A stretch of DNA of 64,000 bases from contig NC_087251.1 of NCBI RefSeq assembly GCF_037042905.1, positions 44,952,001 to 45,016,000 on the forward strand, written 5' to 3'. The notes beneath the pieces are model-generated. The model had not been told where the DNA came from and searched no databases. It saw nothing but the letters and a program-made list of their open reading frames with translations. This document shows positions 62,090-64,000 of the stretch, piece by piece (position 1 is the first letter of the stretch; each line of letters starts with the position of its first letter). The translations under genes and the position numbers were made by a program. The DNA is from Lytechinus pictus. Taxonomy: Eukaryota.

Positions 62090-62292
62090 CTGATGGAAAA
62101 ACAAAAAAGAACAGAAAACAAATGAAACAATCTGATACATGTTCCGTTTTTCTTCTTTGTCATGGAACAAAACAACAGACCTAGAGCCCGTTTACTAAAG
62201 AGCTACAACTATGGTTTTGTATGTATATAAAGTTGTCATGGTTTTAACACTAAAAAAAAACAGACTACTCTTTTTTTTCTAGTGTCTTTTAT

Positions 62293-62726
62293 CAGTGGCG
62301 TACCCAGGATTTTCCAAAGGGGGGCAAATTCGTCCGCCAAAAACTTTGACCCCCCAAAAAAGGTCTTCAACCACAAATAAAGGATTTCGTACCAGAAAAA
62401 AATTGACAGGCAAGAAAAAAAAAGGGAAAAAAAAGGTCTTCAACCGCAAATAAAGGACATTTCGGACCAGAAAAAAAATTGACAAGCAAAAAAAAAAAGG
62501 TCTTCTTCAACCGCAAATAAAGGACATTTCGGACCAGAAAAAAAATTGACAAGCAATAAAAAAAAAAAAAAAAAAAAATGGCTTCAAGTTCAAAAGAGGG
62601 GGCCACTTGTGCCTCGTCAGGGATCGGTTGTGACTCGTCAGGGGGGGGGGGGGGCAGGGATACGTCCCTTGCATGAGTTGTGACTCGTCAGGGGGGCAGT
62701 CTGCCCCCCCCTTAGGTACGCTAGTG
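62293..62726. mobile_element. hAT-like MITE with internal tandem repeats
   Basis: cagtggcgtacc ... ggtacgctagtg; 8-bp flanks tcttttat / tctcttat. Confidence 0.75.
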
Positions 62727-62764
62727 TCTCTTATCAATCTGAAAAACCCCTGCGACCTAATTAA

Positions 62765-63240
62765 AGGACAAGTCCACCCCAACAAAAAGTTGATTTGAAT
62801 AAAAATATAAAAACCAACAAGCATAACACTGAAAATTTCATCAAAATCGGATGTAAAATAAGAAAGTTTTGACTTTTTAAAGGTTCGCTTAATTTCATAA
62901 AACAGTTTTGCACATCTTGGTCGGTATGCAAATGAGGAAACTGATGACGTCACGGTCATCCACGCACTATTTCTTTTGGACTTTATTATATGAAATATTC
63001 TAATTTTCTCCTCATTTCAAGTGAAAGAATGATTAATTCCTCCATGGAATTAGCATTACTTGATACTATATGGTTCATTCAAGTTGGTCCTTATTGTCAA
63101 ATCTGTAAAAAAATGAAATATTGTATAATTCAAACAATAAAAAAAACAAAAGAAATAGTGAGTGAGGGAAATCATCGACCGTCTCATTTGCATATCACTA
63201 AGTTGTACATAAACAGAGTTGTACATATCTTTATTTAAAA
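62765..63240. mobile_element. Truncated Kolobok/T2 family A MITE
   Basis: ttaa|aggacaagtccacccc; interior inverted relative to 738-1353; right TIR not found. Confidence 0.75.
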
Positions 63241-64000
63241 AACCTTAAATTGTCAATTTTCACTTTTTGGTTTGGTCAGGATTCTTAAAGTATCATGAGT
63301 CATGTGAGTGGGGTAGTCATTTTTTTTCCTTTGTGTTTTCGAAAGAAAAGGTGTCCTGTTTCTATGTGTCCCCCCCTTGTACTTCGCTCCATCCACTCTG
63401 CATTTTTTTGTTAAATTAAGATACGGATTTGCTGGAGTTTGTAAAATTGTCCAAACTGATTTGAGGTAGTTCTATTCCTTTATTGGAATAGACATCGCAT
63501 TGACGATTACAAGAAGTGCTCAGAATATTCGTATTAAGGTCAGTATATAGTCCACGTCTGCAAGTTAGTTCAATGAGATAGGACATATCGTATCTTTGTC
63601 TACAATATATCTATCAAAGTATTTCAACTCGCCCTTTGTTCTTGCAATATTTAGAGATGTGGGCCGTTTTCAGATCATGATATGAAAAAAAATCAGCTCG
63701 CGCTTCGCGCTTTTCTTAATAAATCAAAATGGCACGTGAAATACCCGTTTGCATGTCGGTATATAGAAAAATCTGCTCGCGCTTCAAACTTTTTAATGTG
63801 TTTTTTATTTAATTCAAGATAACTTTTTCAACTTTAAATAAAAATTTTAAACAATAGTTAAAGTGACGGTCGTAAACAACGTCCTTGAAAAGTTGAAATA
63901 TTAAACAGCATTATTACTGCAATATACAACCCCAAAAAAAATCAAGATATCATTTTTTTTAACAGACAAGTACTAAACTTTATTAATTTATGACCTGTTT

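Noticed and set aside
61679..62125. 148-aa plus-strand ORF
   Set aside because: No recognisable motif; it is antisense to the decayed myosin-like sequence.

Overview
AT-rich, intron-containing animal genomic DNA, most consistent with a marine invertebrate deuterostome such as a sea urchin (inferred from repeat style and gene content, not proven). No prokaryotic features or CRISPR. The one apparently intact coding piece is the last coding exon of an EGLN1/PHD2-type HIF prolyl hydroxylase (2663-2735, +). About 34.5-49.6 kb holds a decayed, partly duplicated and out-of-order STXBP4 (Synip) pseudogene with coiled-coil, PDZ and WW exons that still have canonical splice sites; one exon has expanded into a ~56-bp minisatellite. 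There are also a Harbinger transposase relic, a probable myosin-1D/G tail relic and LINE fragments. Much of the window is non-autonomous DNA transposons (Kolobok/T2, Harbinger, hAT, piggyBac-like, Academ), several of them nested. Most notable: a 5.15-kb foldback element with TGT..ACA ends carrying a short SINE-like insert whose head is a structurally compensated 7SL (Alu-domain) sequence that is not human Alu. All homology calls rest on recalled protein/RNA motifs, not database searches.
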